Counted from the stretch's first letter, positions 48,500-57,708 are shown. The stretch: DNA of 64,000 nucleotides from Bacteroidales bacterium UBA1797 (GCA_002319885.1 DCFT01000079.1:18658-82657); one strand, 5' to 3'. The notes: generated by a model not told the origin, from the letters alone. Numbers and translations: made by a program.

Positions 48500-49169
48500 C
48501 AGAAACACATTAAATAATTATATCGCATTCTTTGACCTTGACCAGACAATAGCAAATTCCATAAGTGGAAAATTATTGGCAAGAGCTGCTTTCAGGAAAG
48601 GCCTTTTCACTCATATGGACCTCATAAATGCAGCATTTCTGTCACTTGCTTTCCGTCTTAAGCTCAGAGATCCGTTGAAAATAATTGAAAGCATGGTAAG
48701 CTGGGTAAAGGGTATCCCTGAAACTTCGATGATTGAGTTATGTTCAGAAGTATCTGATGAGGTAATTATTCCGTCGGTTTATAAAGAAGCGATTGCTGAA
48801 ATAGAATATCATAAATCGCAAAATGCAAAAGTTATCATTCTCTCATCAGCTTTGACCCATGTATGTAAGATAATGGCCAGTTATCTGGGTATCGATGATA
48901 TTATCTGTTCCGAACTTGAGGTTAAGAATGGATATCTCACCGGCCGGCCACAGGGACATTTCTGCTTTGGCAGGGAAAAAGCCATCAGGTTAATTGCCTA
49001 TTGTGACAAATATCTTTATTCACCTACTGATACATGGTATTACGGTGATTCAATCTCAGATCTTTATGCACTGAAAGCCGTAGGCAATCCTGTCTGTATC
49101 AATCCCGATAAAAAACTCAGGAAAGAAGCAGTTAAAAGAGCCTGGAAAACTTACAACTGGAGAAATTAA
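48477..49169 (+). CDS. HAD-IB subfamily phosphatase (SerB-like)
   Basis: 230 aa. The DxDxT motif is FFDLDQTI; distal YGDSISD. The start overlaps the kinase gene by 23 nt. Confidence 0.78.
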   Translation: METIFSNDRNTLNNYIAFFDLDQTIANSISGKLLARAAFRKGLFTHMDLINAAFLSLAFRLKLRDPLKIIESMVSWVKGIPETSMIELCSEVSDEVIIPSVYKEAIAEIEYHKSQNAKVIILSSALTHVCKIMASYLGIDDIICSELEVKNGYLTGRPQGHFCFGREKAIRLIAYCDKYLYSPTDTWYYGDSISDLYALKAVGNPVCINPDKKLRKEAVKRAWKTYNWRN

Positions 49170-50353
49170 TTCACCTCAAGTTTCTGCCACTCAGGAAGCT
49201 TTGGAAATTTTGCATGAGGTTCTGTCTGGTACCAGAAACATGTAGAAGCAATATCCGATTGTTGCTTCAGGTATCTTCCTCCTTTATGCCATCCCAAGTC
49301 TTGTATAGTGATATTAAGATCTGATTCAAACCTGACAGGATCCATTATATGCCATCTGTAAAGACCAAAGCGTTGCATCACCTTGTAATGTCCGTCACCC
49401 TTTATAACCTGTACCAATCCGGAATAGGGCGTACAGAATTCCGTGTATCCCGATTCATCAATCCCCAGTGAATTTGTCTTATGAGTATCAAAATCATAGG
49501 AGCCGCAGAAATAATCTTCTGTACCCGTTCCGCAGATTGTTGGAAATTTGCTGTCTCCATCAATGTAAAATTTTATCTCACCTTCTCCCCACCAGCTGTT
49601 ATTATTAACACCTACAGCCAGGTAAACGCCGACATATTGGCCCTTCCCTTTTATTCCATCAATGATAGTATAAACAGAGGACTCATCAGGATTTGTTCTC
49701 CGGAACTGGGCATGAAAATAACCCGCATCTTCAGGCACTTCGGTTAAGGTATAGTCGACCTGGTAAAAAAGTGTCATTGGATCAGTATCGTCAATGTTTT
49801 CCATTGTTATCCTGCACTTCTTACGAAATGGCATCACCCAATATGAATTAAAGGCACTTCCCGGATTGACACAGACAGCTGAAGAGACAAGCGGAGAATA
49901 TTTATTCCATCCCATACCAAAAAAGTCGCCGACAGGGCATTCAACGGATGGTTCAGTTTCGTCATCCCAATAGATCCGAAGGATTGAATATCGCCAGTTC
50001 CCTGTGGGAGTCATCCATATATGCTGTATGGCGCCAGGGCCTTCAATCTCAGCCATTTTGAAAGTTTCTCCCGGCTTAATAATAACATACGGATTAACTT
50101 TCCATCCCTGCCCAAGATCGCGCGCAGCATTTGATGCGTTTGCAGTGTTGCGTTTGTCCTTGTCTGCAGGATCTGCCATTCCGCCTTTCCCCTTTTCACC
50201 TGACAGGTTTTCGGGACTTATTGAGCGGGTTTTTGCGTCGGATAATCTGTATAGATTTCCCATATTCATATCGAGCCCGTTAAACTTTTTCTGGCCAGAT
50301 ATAACAAGAGGGAGAAATAAGATAATTAAAGCCAGTGCCGATAATTTTTTCAT
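49166..50353 (-). CDS. DUF2961 / GH172-family glycoside hydrolase, secreted
   Basis: The ORF track starts at 50488. I prefer the ATG at 50353 (MKKLSALALIILFLPLVISGQ). Family hallmark SWWGEGEIKFYIDGDSKFPTICGTGTEDYF. Confidence 0.75.
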   Translation of the reverse strand: MKKLSALALIILFLPLVISGQKKFNGLDMNMGNLYRLSDAKTRSISPENLSGEKGKGGMADPADKDKRNTANASNAARDLGQGWKVNPYVIIKPGETFKMAEIEGPGAIQHIWMTPTGNWRYSILRIYWDDETEPSVECPVGDFFGMGWNKYSPLVSSAVCVNPGSAFNSYWVMPFRKKCRITMENIDDTDPMTLFYQVDYTLTEVPEDAGYFHAQFRRTNPDESSVYTIIDGIKGKGQYVGVYLAVGVNNNSWWGEGEIKFYIDGDSKFPTICGTGTEDYFCGSYDFDTHKTNSLGIDESGYTEFCTPYSGLVQVIKGDGHYKVMQRFGLYRWHIMDPVRFESDLNITIQDLGWHKGGRYLKQQSDIASTCFWYQTEPHAKFPKLPEWQKLEVN

Positions 50354-50477
50354 TTTGGATAATTTTAGATTCAATTTTTCAATCAAACCTAAAATTATGA
50401 ATAATCGGGGAATACTAAACTGAGTTTTTAAATTTAAGTATAAACTACTGTGAATATATACGTGGATAACATATTCT

Positions 50478-50948
50478 CTAGAAGACATATCTTACTGAAA
50501 TCGCACCTTCAGGCCATAAACCCGTATATCCCATTAGGTTAACAGCCGGTTTTATGTCAATACCTAAATTAAGAGGAATTTCAATAAAAGAATATTCAAT
50601 TCCAATTATGCCATCGAGTCCGAATATGGTATATGCTGCACCTGATCTACCCCATGAAACATCATTTCCGTTATAGAATCCAAGGTGAGCTCCTCCACCA
50701 TAATACCAGACAAGGTGTTTAACGTCAAAGGCCCGCTGTTTATGTATCTCAAACAATCCCGTTAAATTAACTCCCTGCCATCGTGTTGTCAGCAAACCCT
50801 CAAAAGCTAATTTTGGATTTACAAAATGCTTTAATGTCAGTCCTGATGCAAAACCGCCTCTGATTCCTATCCCTGTTCTATATTCCTGAGCACATAATAT
50901 TCCCCCGATACTCAAGCCCATCACAAAAATTAAAATTACTTTTTTCAT
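50478..50948 (-). CDS. Small outer-membrane beta-barrel protein
   Basis: 156 aa. Signal peptide, alternating hydrophobic beta-strand pattern, C-terminal aromatic residue (VRYVF). Confidence 0.6.
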   Translation of the reverse strand: MKKVILIFVMGLSIGGILCAQEYRTGIGIRGGFASGLTLKHFVNPKLAFEGLLTTRWQGVNLTGLFEIHKQRAFDVKHLVWYYGGGAHLGFYNGNDVSWGRSGAAYTIFGLDGIIGIEYSFIEIPLNLGIDIKPAVNLMGYTGLWPEGAISVRYVF

Positions 50949-51107
50949 ATTCAGGTTATAAAATTAAGGTCGCCAAATTAATCAAAATCATCATAAAAAT
51001 TATTAATTTTAATGACTTCAGTACTATTCTGTGTAAAGTCATATCCTAAATATCTGAAACAAAACAAAGAACTTTTCCATACTCTTTTTTATCGCTGTAC
51101 TTTTAAT

Positions 51108-51115
51108 TACTTTTG
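51108..51115 (+). promoter_or_regulatory. Candidate -7 promoter box for the prolyl oligopeptidase gene
   Basis: TACTTTTG (perfect TAnnTTTG), 56 nt upstream of the ATG at 51171. Confidence 0.35.
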
Positions 51116-51170
51116 ACTGGGAACTCAGAAAAGGCAGAATTGTTAAAACAATAATTTTTAATATACTATC

Positions 51171-53282
51171 ATGAAAAACCAAATTATCATAATTATTTTA
51201 ATGGCAACTATTATCTCTTGTAACGGTCCGGCAGATAAAAAAATTACCTACCCTGCTACAAAAAAGGGTGATGTTATTGATACATATTTCGGAAAGAAGG
51301 TTCCCGATCCTTATCGATGGCTTGAGGATGACAGGTCTGAAGAGACTGCTGCCTGGGTAAAGGAGCAGAATAAAGTTACTTTTGATTACCTGCGGGCCAT
51401 CCCTTACAGAGATCAGTTAAAATCGCGTCTCGAGAAAATGTGGAATTACGAGAAATTTACTGCGCCTCAGAAAGAAGGTGCCTACACTTACTTTTCAAGG
51501 AATGACGGATTACAGAATCAGTATGTAATTTACCGGCAGAAAAACAATGAAGAACCTGAGGTATTTCTTGATCCGAATAAGTTTTCTGCAGACGGAACTA
51601 CATCACTTGGGGAGATTGAATTTACAAAGGATGGCAGTAAAGTTGCATATTCAATTTCGGAAGGAGGATCCGACTGGCGGAAAGTAATTGTTCTGGATGC
51701 AGAGACAAAGCAAATTCTGGGCGATACGCTGAAAGATATAAAATTCAGCGGTTTAGCATGGCAATCAAATGATGGATTCTATTATTCAAGCTACGACAAA
51801 CCTAAGGGTAGTGAGCTTTCTGCAAAAACTGATCACCATAAGCTCTACTACCACAAGCTTGGAACAAAACAAAGCGAAGACAAGGTTGTATTTGGTTCAG
51901 ATATTATCCGACGATATGTTGAGGGAACAGTAACTGAAGACGGGAGGTATCTTATAGTAACTGCGGCAATATCAACTACAGGAAATGAATTATATATAAA
52001 GGATTTAAGAAACCCGGCAAATAAGTTTACAGCTGTCGTGTCAAATTTCGACAATGATAATTATGTACTCGATAATGATGGTTCAAAACTTTTCATTGTT
52101 ACCAATCTCAACGCACCGAATAAAAAAGTCATAACCGTTGATGCTGAAAACCCTGAAGTTAAGAACTGGGTTGACCTCATACCTGAAACAGATAATGTTC
52201 TTGAGCCTGCAACAGGTTCGGGATATATCTTTGCTCATTATATGACTGACGCTATATCAAAGGTAAAACAATATGACAGGAATGGAGTGCTGGTCAGGGA
52301 TATCGTTTTGCCAGGTATTGGAACGGTATCGGGTTTAACAGCCAAAAGAGATGATAAGGAAGTATATTATTCATTCACAAATTACATTACACCGGCCACT
52401 ATCTATAAACTTGATCCGAAGACAGGGAATTCAGAGATTTGGAAAAAGCCTGTGGTAGCTTTTAATGGTGATGATTTCGAATCTACACAGGTGTTTTATA
52501 ACTCAAAAGATGGAACACGAATACCCATGATAATCACTTTCAGGAAAGGAACTCAGCTGAATGGTAAGAATCCAACAATTCTCTACGGTTATGGAGGATT
52601 CAATATAAGCGAGACCCCTGCTTTTAGCATCCCTGTGGCATTATGGCTTGAGCTTGGTGGTATTTATGCGGTACCGAATATCAGAGGAGGTGGTGAGTAT
52701 GGTGAAAAGTGGCATCTTGCCGGGACTAAAATGAATAAGCAGAATGTCTTTGATGATTTTATTGCCGCAGGAGAATATCTGATCAATAAAAAATATACTT
52801 CTTCAGATTTTCTTGCCATAAGAGGAGGATCAAACGGTGGTCTTCTCGTAGGAGCAGTAATGACACAGCGTCCCGACCTGATGAAGGTTGCCCTTCCTGC
52901 AGTTGGAGTAATGGATATGTTAAGATATCACAAATTTACGGCAGGGGCAGGCTGGGCATATGACTATGGCACTTCTGAGGATAGTAAGGAGATGTTTGAT
53001 TATATATACAAATATTCACCTGTTCAAAATGTCAGGGAGGGTGTCAGATATCCTGCTACGCTTATCCTTACAGGTGATCACGACGACAGGGTTGTACCGG
53101 CACATTCTTTCAAATTTGCTGCTCAGCTGCAGGCTAAACAGGCAGGGAATAATCCGATACTGATCAGGATTGAAACCAACGCTGGACATGGTGCAGGCAC
53201 TCCTGTAAGTAAATCCATTGAACAATACGCTGATATTTTCAGCTTTACTCTATACAATATGGGGATAAAGAAACTGAAATAG
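51171..53282 (+). CDS. Prolyl oligopeptidase (S9A prolyl endopeptidase)
   Basis: 703 aa. DPYRWLED N-terminal hallmark, beta-propeller, GGSNGGLLVG nucleophile elbow, DHDDRV and NAGHGAG triad regions. Confidence 0.92.
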   Translation: MKNQIIIIILMATIISCNGPADKKITYPATKKGDVIDTYFGKKVPDPYRWLEDDRSEETAAWVKEQNKVTFDYLRAIPYRDQLKSRLEKMWNYEKFTAPQKEGAYTYFSRNDGLQNQYVIYRQKNNEEPEVFLDPNKFSADGTTSLGEIEFTKDGSKVAYSISEGGSDWRKVIVLDAETKQILGDTLKDIKFSGLAWQSNDGFYYSSYDKPKGSELSAKTDHHKLYYHKLGTKQSEDKVVFGSDIIRRYVEGTVTEDGRYLIVTAAISTTGNELYIKDLRNPANKFTAVVSNFDNDNYVLDNDGSKLFIVTNLNAPNKKVITVDAENPEVKNWVDLIPETDNVLEPATGSGYIFAHYMTDAISKVKQYDRNGVLVRDIVLPGIGTVSGLTAKRDDKEVYYSFTNYITPATIYKLDPKTGNSEIWKKPVVAFNGDDFESTQVFYNSKDGTRIPMIITFRKGTQLNGKNPTILYGYGGFNISETPAFSIPVALWLELGGIYAVPNIRGGGEYGEKWHLAGTKMNKQNVFDDFIAAGEYLINKKYTSSDFLAIRGGSNGGLLVGAVMTQRPDLMKVALPAVGVMDMLRYHKFTAGAGWAYDYGTSEDSKEMFDYIYKYSPVQNVREGVRYPATLILTGDHDDRVVPAHSFKFAAQLQAKQAGNNPILIRIETNAGHGAGTPVSKSIEQYADIFSFTLYNMGIKKLK

Positions 53283-53294
53283 AGTAAAAATTGA

Positions 53295-53455
53295 AATCCT
53301 TTAAACACAAAGATCACAAAGGATTAGCACAAACCTGCCTGCCGGTAGGCAGGGAACACAAAGTTCCGTCCCGATAGTTATCGGGAGCTATCGGAATGAA
53401 ATATAGTGTCTTAACTTTGTGTACTCTGTTTCTTCTTTGTGCAATTTGTGGTTAG
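53295..53455. repeat. Composite REP-like element (copy 7), about 160 nt with four nested hairpins
   Basis: aatccttt/aaaggatt (53295-53326). cctgcc/ggcagg. cccgata/tatcggg. Three cacaaag on the left arm versus ctttgtg twice plus atttgtggttag on the right. It shares the 18-mer at 53304-53321 with copy 2. Confidence 0.7.
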
Positions 53456-53468
53456 TTGTTTTTTCTTC

Positions 53469-54962
53469 CTATAAAACGAGTGTTTGTATTGCATGCGGAA
53501 GAATAGTCACTTCAGCAGCCTGATACCCGATACACAGATTATAAGTAATCTTCAGATTGCTCTGATTCATCACAACCACTGCTACTTTACCGTCGGTATT
53601 GATGAATGCTGTTGTTAATAACTGGCTTCGGCTTGCAGAACTGATGATCCGTTTTGCTCCGGGACGGATAAATTTTGAGAAATGCCCAATGTAATAGTAT
53701 GAGTTGGTATAGATCAGCTGGCTGGTTTTTGTATCACCATGTATAGGGGCAAAACAAAAATTCTGAACATGATTAGGTCCTCCAGTCTCATCAAGCAGGA
53801 CATTCCAATCGGTCCAACCCACTGTTCCATTATTAAAATCATTTATCATAGAACGTCCGTAGGTTTCACCCAGTGACCAGTTATTATACATTGAGGGATC
53901 AAAACTTTCAGGACAACCTTCTGTAAAAATCAGGTTTTTATCAGGATAAGCCTCATGTACCCGTTTGACATTTTCAAACATTTTAGTCCCCCCACTCCAG
54001 CTTTCATACCAATGAAATCCCATTCCCCAGGCATATTTTGAAGCTTCAGGATCGCCGAAAATAACGTCAGCTCTCTGAACCATAAGATCACGATTATGGT
54101 CCCAGACAATGATCTTCTTATCACCCAGTCCTTCTTTCTGAATTGTCGGTCCCAGATAATTTTTAAGGAAATCTCTTTCGTCATTAGCGGTATATATACA
54201 TGATTCCCATCGCTGGGTTGCCATCGGCTCATTCTGAATTGTCATGCCCCATACAGGTATTCCCACCTTCTCATAAGCTTTTATAAACCTTACATAATAG
54301 TCGGCCCAGGTCTGGTAATACTCTGGTTTCAATTTACCTCCATGTAACATATCATTGTTATCCTTCATGTATCCGGGTGGACTCCAGGGACTTACGAACA
54401 ATGTCAGTTTGCCGCCGGCTGCAGTAATAGCTTTTTTAATGAAGGGTATACGGAATTGCTGATCGTGATCGATGCTGAAAGATTTTAATTCTTTGTCGCC
54501 ATCGGTAACATAAGTATAGCTCTCACTTGAAAAATCGCAACTGTTAATATTGGTTCTGGCAAGAGTATAACCTATTCCCTTTTGAGTATCATAGTACGCC
54601 TGCAGTATCTCATCCTGCTTTGCTTTCGGCATTTTTGCATAGGTCTCGGCTGAAGCATCGGTTAATGCACCTCCAATTCCAAGAAATGTCTGAAACGTCT
54701 TATCAGGATTGGTAAACACGCAGATCTGTGTCTCAACAGGTTGAATAAGTTCTTTAAAACTAAGTGTGTCAGTAGCCGTTAGTCTAAGATTTGTACTATC
54801 AGCAGTTGTATAGACAATCACATTCTTTCCTTCAACACTGAATTTATTTGAAACTGTTGAAGAGTTATTCACTGTCGGCTTTAGCTGACTGCATGAAACA
54901 AGTATCAAGAGACTGGTTGTCAGAAAGGTAAACTTCTTCATCTGATCATGATTTTTTTTCAT
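53469..54962 (-). CDS. GH30-family glycoside hydrolase (beta-1,6-glucanase / glucosylceramidase / xylanase family)
   Basis: 497 aa. An alternative ATG at 54941 gives MKKFTFLTTSLLILVSCSQ. WSPPGYMK, IQNEP (acid/base Glu), IFTEGC (nucleophile Glu). Confidence 0.85.
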   Translation of the reverse strand: MKKNHDQMKKFTFLTTSLLILVSCSQLKPTVNNSSTVSNKFSVEGKNVIVYTTADSTNLRLTATDTLSFKELIQPVETQICVFTNPDKTFQTFLGIGGALTDASAETYAKMPKAKQDEILQAYYDTQKGIGYTLARTNINSCDFSSESYTYVTDGDKELKSFSIDHDQQFRIPFIKKAITAAGGKLTLFVSPWSPPGYMKDNNDMLHGGKLKPEYYQTWADYYVRFIKAYEKVGIPVWGMTIQNEPMATQRWESCIYTANDERDFLKNYLGPTIQKEGLGDKKIIVWDHNRDLMVQRADVIFGDPEASKYAWGMGFHWYESWSGGTKMFENVKRVHEAYPDKNLIFTEGCPESFDPSMYNNWSLGETYGRSMINDFNNGTVGWTDWNVLLDETGGPNHVQNFCFAPIHGDTKTSQLIYTNSYYYIGHFSKFIRPGAKRIISSASRSQLLTTAFINTDGKVAVVVMNQSNLKITYNLCIGYQAAEVTILPHAIQTLVL

Positions 54963-55133
54963 TTTAATATCATTTTACAACTGGAAATATACTAAGAAAC
55001 TATCGAAATTTTCAAAATCTTAAAATAATATCATTCTGAATACTATCGGTGATACTATTTATAACCCATATTTCTTTTTCTTTTCATTACTTTGCTAATA
55101 TAAAGCCTGATTAATTTTAAAACGAGCATAATT

Positions 55134-55829
55134 ATGAGGACCAGGACGATATCTGTAATCTATTTCATTATCGGGATAATCTCCATTATCCTTTTAAATC
55201 AACCAGCTTTCTGGCCGGGATTTATTTCCAAAGTAATGATAATACCGGTACTCGTCATTTTGTTACTTGCTAATCTAAATCTTTTTGAAAACAGGTCCCA
55301 CGGCTTTATGATTGCAGGTCTCATCTTCTCATGGGCAGGAGATGTATTCCTTGAGTTCACAAAAGATAACAGCAATATGTTCATCATCGGACTTGTATGT
55401 TTCCTGCTTGCTCATGTGATGTATTTTACGGTTTTTATAATAACGCCCGGGGAAAACACTATTCTTACAAAACGTGTTTACCTTCTTGTACCGGTTATAA
55501 TCTATGGAGCAGCATTGGTATCCTATCTTTATGACGGTCTTGGTGAGATGAAGTTACCTGTTATCATTTATGCAATAGTCATACTTACAATGCTATCGGG
55601 GGCATTGGACAGGAAAGGCAGGGTAAATAACAAAAGTTATTATCTTATTCTTGCAGGAGCAATTATTTTTGTGATCTCCGACTCTACCATAGCTATAAGC
55701 AAATTCAGCCATCAGTTTAAATTATCAGAATTGGTGATTATGTCATCCTATATAGTGGCACAATACCTGATAGTCAGGGGATATATTTATCAATTCGGGA
55801 AAATTAAACCAGATCAGATGATTCTATAG
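55134..55829 (+). CDS. YhhN-family membrane protein (lysoplasmalogenase/TMEM86-like)
   Basis: 231 aa, about 8 TM spans. FSWAGDVFLEF and FVISDSTIA, typical of YhhN. Confidence 0.7.
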   Translation: MRTRTISVIYFIIGIISIILLNQPAFWPGFISKVMIIPVLVILLLANLNLFENRSHGFMIAGLIFSWAGDVFLEFTKDNSNMFIIGLVCFLLAHVMYFTVFIITPGENTILTKRVYLLVPVIIYGAALVSYLYDGLGEMKLPVIIYAIVILTMLSGALDRKGRVNNKSYYLILAGAIIFVISDSTIAISKFSHQFKLSELVIMSSYIVAQYLIVRGYIYQFGKIKPDQMIL

Positions 55830-56701
55830 TTTTCGTAATAGGTATTTATTCCGAGATATTTTTTTATGAAAATCTTACCCCTGTACCTTAATGATAACCT
55901 GTTGAATGAAATATCGTGTTCAAAATTCCAGTTTTTACGTTGGATTCGTGATTCCATGACTTTCGGATGGGAATCGGTAAATAATCTTAAGGAATCAATG
56001 GAAGAATAATCAAATTCCTTACTTCCGTTAGAGTCTTTGGATTTCATCCGTTTCAGGAAGTTTTTATCCTGGTAGAATGAATTTGCATTAATTGCTTTCT
56101 TCATCATTGTTCCAGGCTCTTTTACCCAACCATAATGATAAACATATGCATCGATTGGCTTAACATTGAGTTTTTCGTTTTGATTCTTCCTGAAACCTTG
56201 TGCATCTCTGAATGAGTAGAAATTTTTATTATTTCTGATAATCCGAATCTCGTAGCTATACCATTTCGGGGAAAGTCCGACGTAATCATAGGAACCATAG
56301 AAGTGCAGATAATTGAATAACAAACCATCCACCATTTTATCATCTTTCCATTTCTCCATTGAGGAATAAATACCTGCCAGATATTTTTCATGTATAACTT
56401 CGTCTCCCTGGATATAAAAGGCCCAATCAGAATCCTTGCCTATAGCCTGAAAAGCCTTGTCTGTCTCCGAAGCGAACACTTTCCCCCCAATCTTCATCTC
56501 TGCCGAATCGTCCCAGACAGTCTCGATTATCCTGATTTTTTGTTTATCAATATTCTGAACGAGATCCAGTGTATTATCATCTGATTTACCTACGGCTACA
56601 ACAAAGTCGTCACAAACAGGCAGGATCGAAGTAATTGCCTCAACAACAGGATAGTCAAATCGTGTTGCGTTACGGATAAAAGTAAAGCCGGTTACTTTCA
56701 T
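55814..56701 (-). CDS. Glycosyltransferase family 2-like protein
   Basis: 295 aa. N-terminus MKVTGFTFIRNATRFDYPVVEAITSILPVCDDFVVAVGKSDDNT resembles soluble GT2-type proteins. Its 3' end overlaps the convergent YhhN gene by 16 nt. Confidence 0.55.
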   Translation of the reverse strand: MKVTGFTFIRNATRFDYPVVEAITSILPVCDDFVVAVGKSDDNTLDLVQNIDKQKIRIIETVWDDSAEMKIGGKVFASETDKAFQAIGKDSDWAFYIQGDEVIHEKYLAGIYSSMEKWKDDKMVDGLLFNYLHFYGSYDYVGLSPKWYSYEIRIIRNNKNFYSFRDAQGFRKNQNEKLNVKPIDAYVYHYGWVKEPGTMMKKAINANSFYQDKNFLKRMKSKDSNGSKEFDYSSIDSLRLFTDSHPKVMESRIQRKNWNFEHDISFNRLSLRYRGKIFIKKYLGINTYYENYRII

Positions 56702-56827
56702 TGAATGTACTTGATGAGTTTTAAAAACATGAGAACAAAAATGGTTGGATAAAAGTATGAAAAAAAAGTGTTTCTTGGAGAAATCACAAGTAAAATCAAT
56801 AACTTGTATCCCTTAAACATATTTAAT

Positions 56828-57679
56828 ATGAAGAACTCATCTGCGATTACAATAATCCTACTCGCGCTTTCGCTGTCAGCATGTGTACAACGACAAAATC
56901 AGGTAAAACCAGCCGGGAAGCTTTTTATTATCGGAGGGGGCAACCGTACCGACTCTATGATGAATAAAATGGTTGATATTTCAGGAGTCAGGACCGAAGG
57001 CTATGTCTATATTTTACCCATGGCAAGTGCCACTCCCGATAGTGCAATTATATGGACTAAAGACGATTTCAATGTTACAGGGATAAAAAAAGTCTACGGC
57101 TACAATTTTAAAGCTGGAGAATTACCTCCAAAAGCGCAGCTCGATTCATTACGTAATGCAAAGCTTATTTTTATAAGTGGAGGTGATCAGGCAAGGTTTA
57201 TGTCGGTTGTTCTGAACACCCCGATAATGGATGCCATACATCAGGATTATAAAAACGGATCAGTAATTGCGGGTACAAGCGCCGGGGCAGCTGTCATGAG
57301 CAAAAAGATGATAACCGGGAATCAGAAAAAACATACCGAGCCTGAAGCCGGCTTTGTAACTATTGAATCTGATAATATTGAAGTTACTCAGGGCCTTGGC
57401 TTATTAGCAGATGTAATTATAGATCAACATTTCATTAAGCGTCAGAGACTTAACAGACTAATTGCTGTGTCGATTGAAAACCCTGATGAATTATGTGTTG
57501 CAATGGATGAATCTACTGCAATAATTGTCGATGGTGATTATGCAACAGTTAACGGTATCAGCCAGGTGATCGTAATAAAAAATATAAATAAAATTAAAAG
57601 AATAAGGAATGGCTTACTAGGAACTGAAGGGCTTCAATTAAGCGTCTATTTGCCCGGACAGAAATTCAGATTAAGATGA
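56828..57679 (+). CDS. cphE: Cyanophycinase (peptidase S51), lipoprotein/exported form
   Basis: The ORF track starts at a GTG (56768). I prefer the ATG at 56828 (MKNSSAITIILLALSLSAC). FIIGGGNRTD, FISGGDQARF, and nucleophile block AGTSAGAAVMS. Confidence 0.82.
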   Translation: MKNSSAITIILLALSLSACVQRQNQVKPAGKLFIIGGGNRTDSMMNKMVDISGVRTEGYVYILPMASATPDSAIIWTKDDFNVTGIKKVYGYNFKAGELPPKAQLDSLRNAKLIFISGGDQARFMSVVLNTPIMDAIHQDYKNGSVIAGTSAGAAVMSKKMITGNQKKHTEPEAGFVTIESDNIEVTQGLGLLADVIIDQHFIKRQRLNRLIAVSIENPDELCVAMDESTAIIVDGDYATVNGISQVIVIKNINKIKRIRNGLLGTEGLQLSVYLPGQKFRLR

Positions 57680-57708
57680 TGTTTAAAAATATTAACAGCT
57701 ACTAGTGT

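Noticed and set aside
44092-54962. Idea that the two glucosylceramidase-named families (GH116, GH30) are functionally tied to the sphingolipid (SPT) genes
   Set aside because: The link rests only on family names taken from the eukaryotic members. Both families in Bacteroidota mostly act on plant or microbial glycans. The genes are exported, 8-18 kb from the SPT cassette and on different transcription units.
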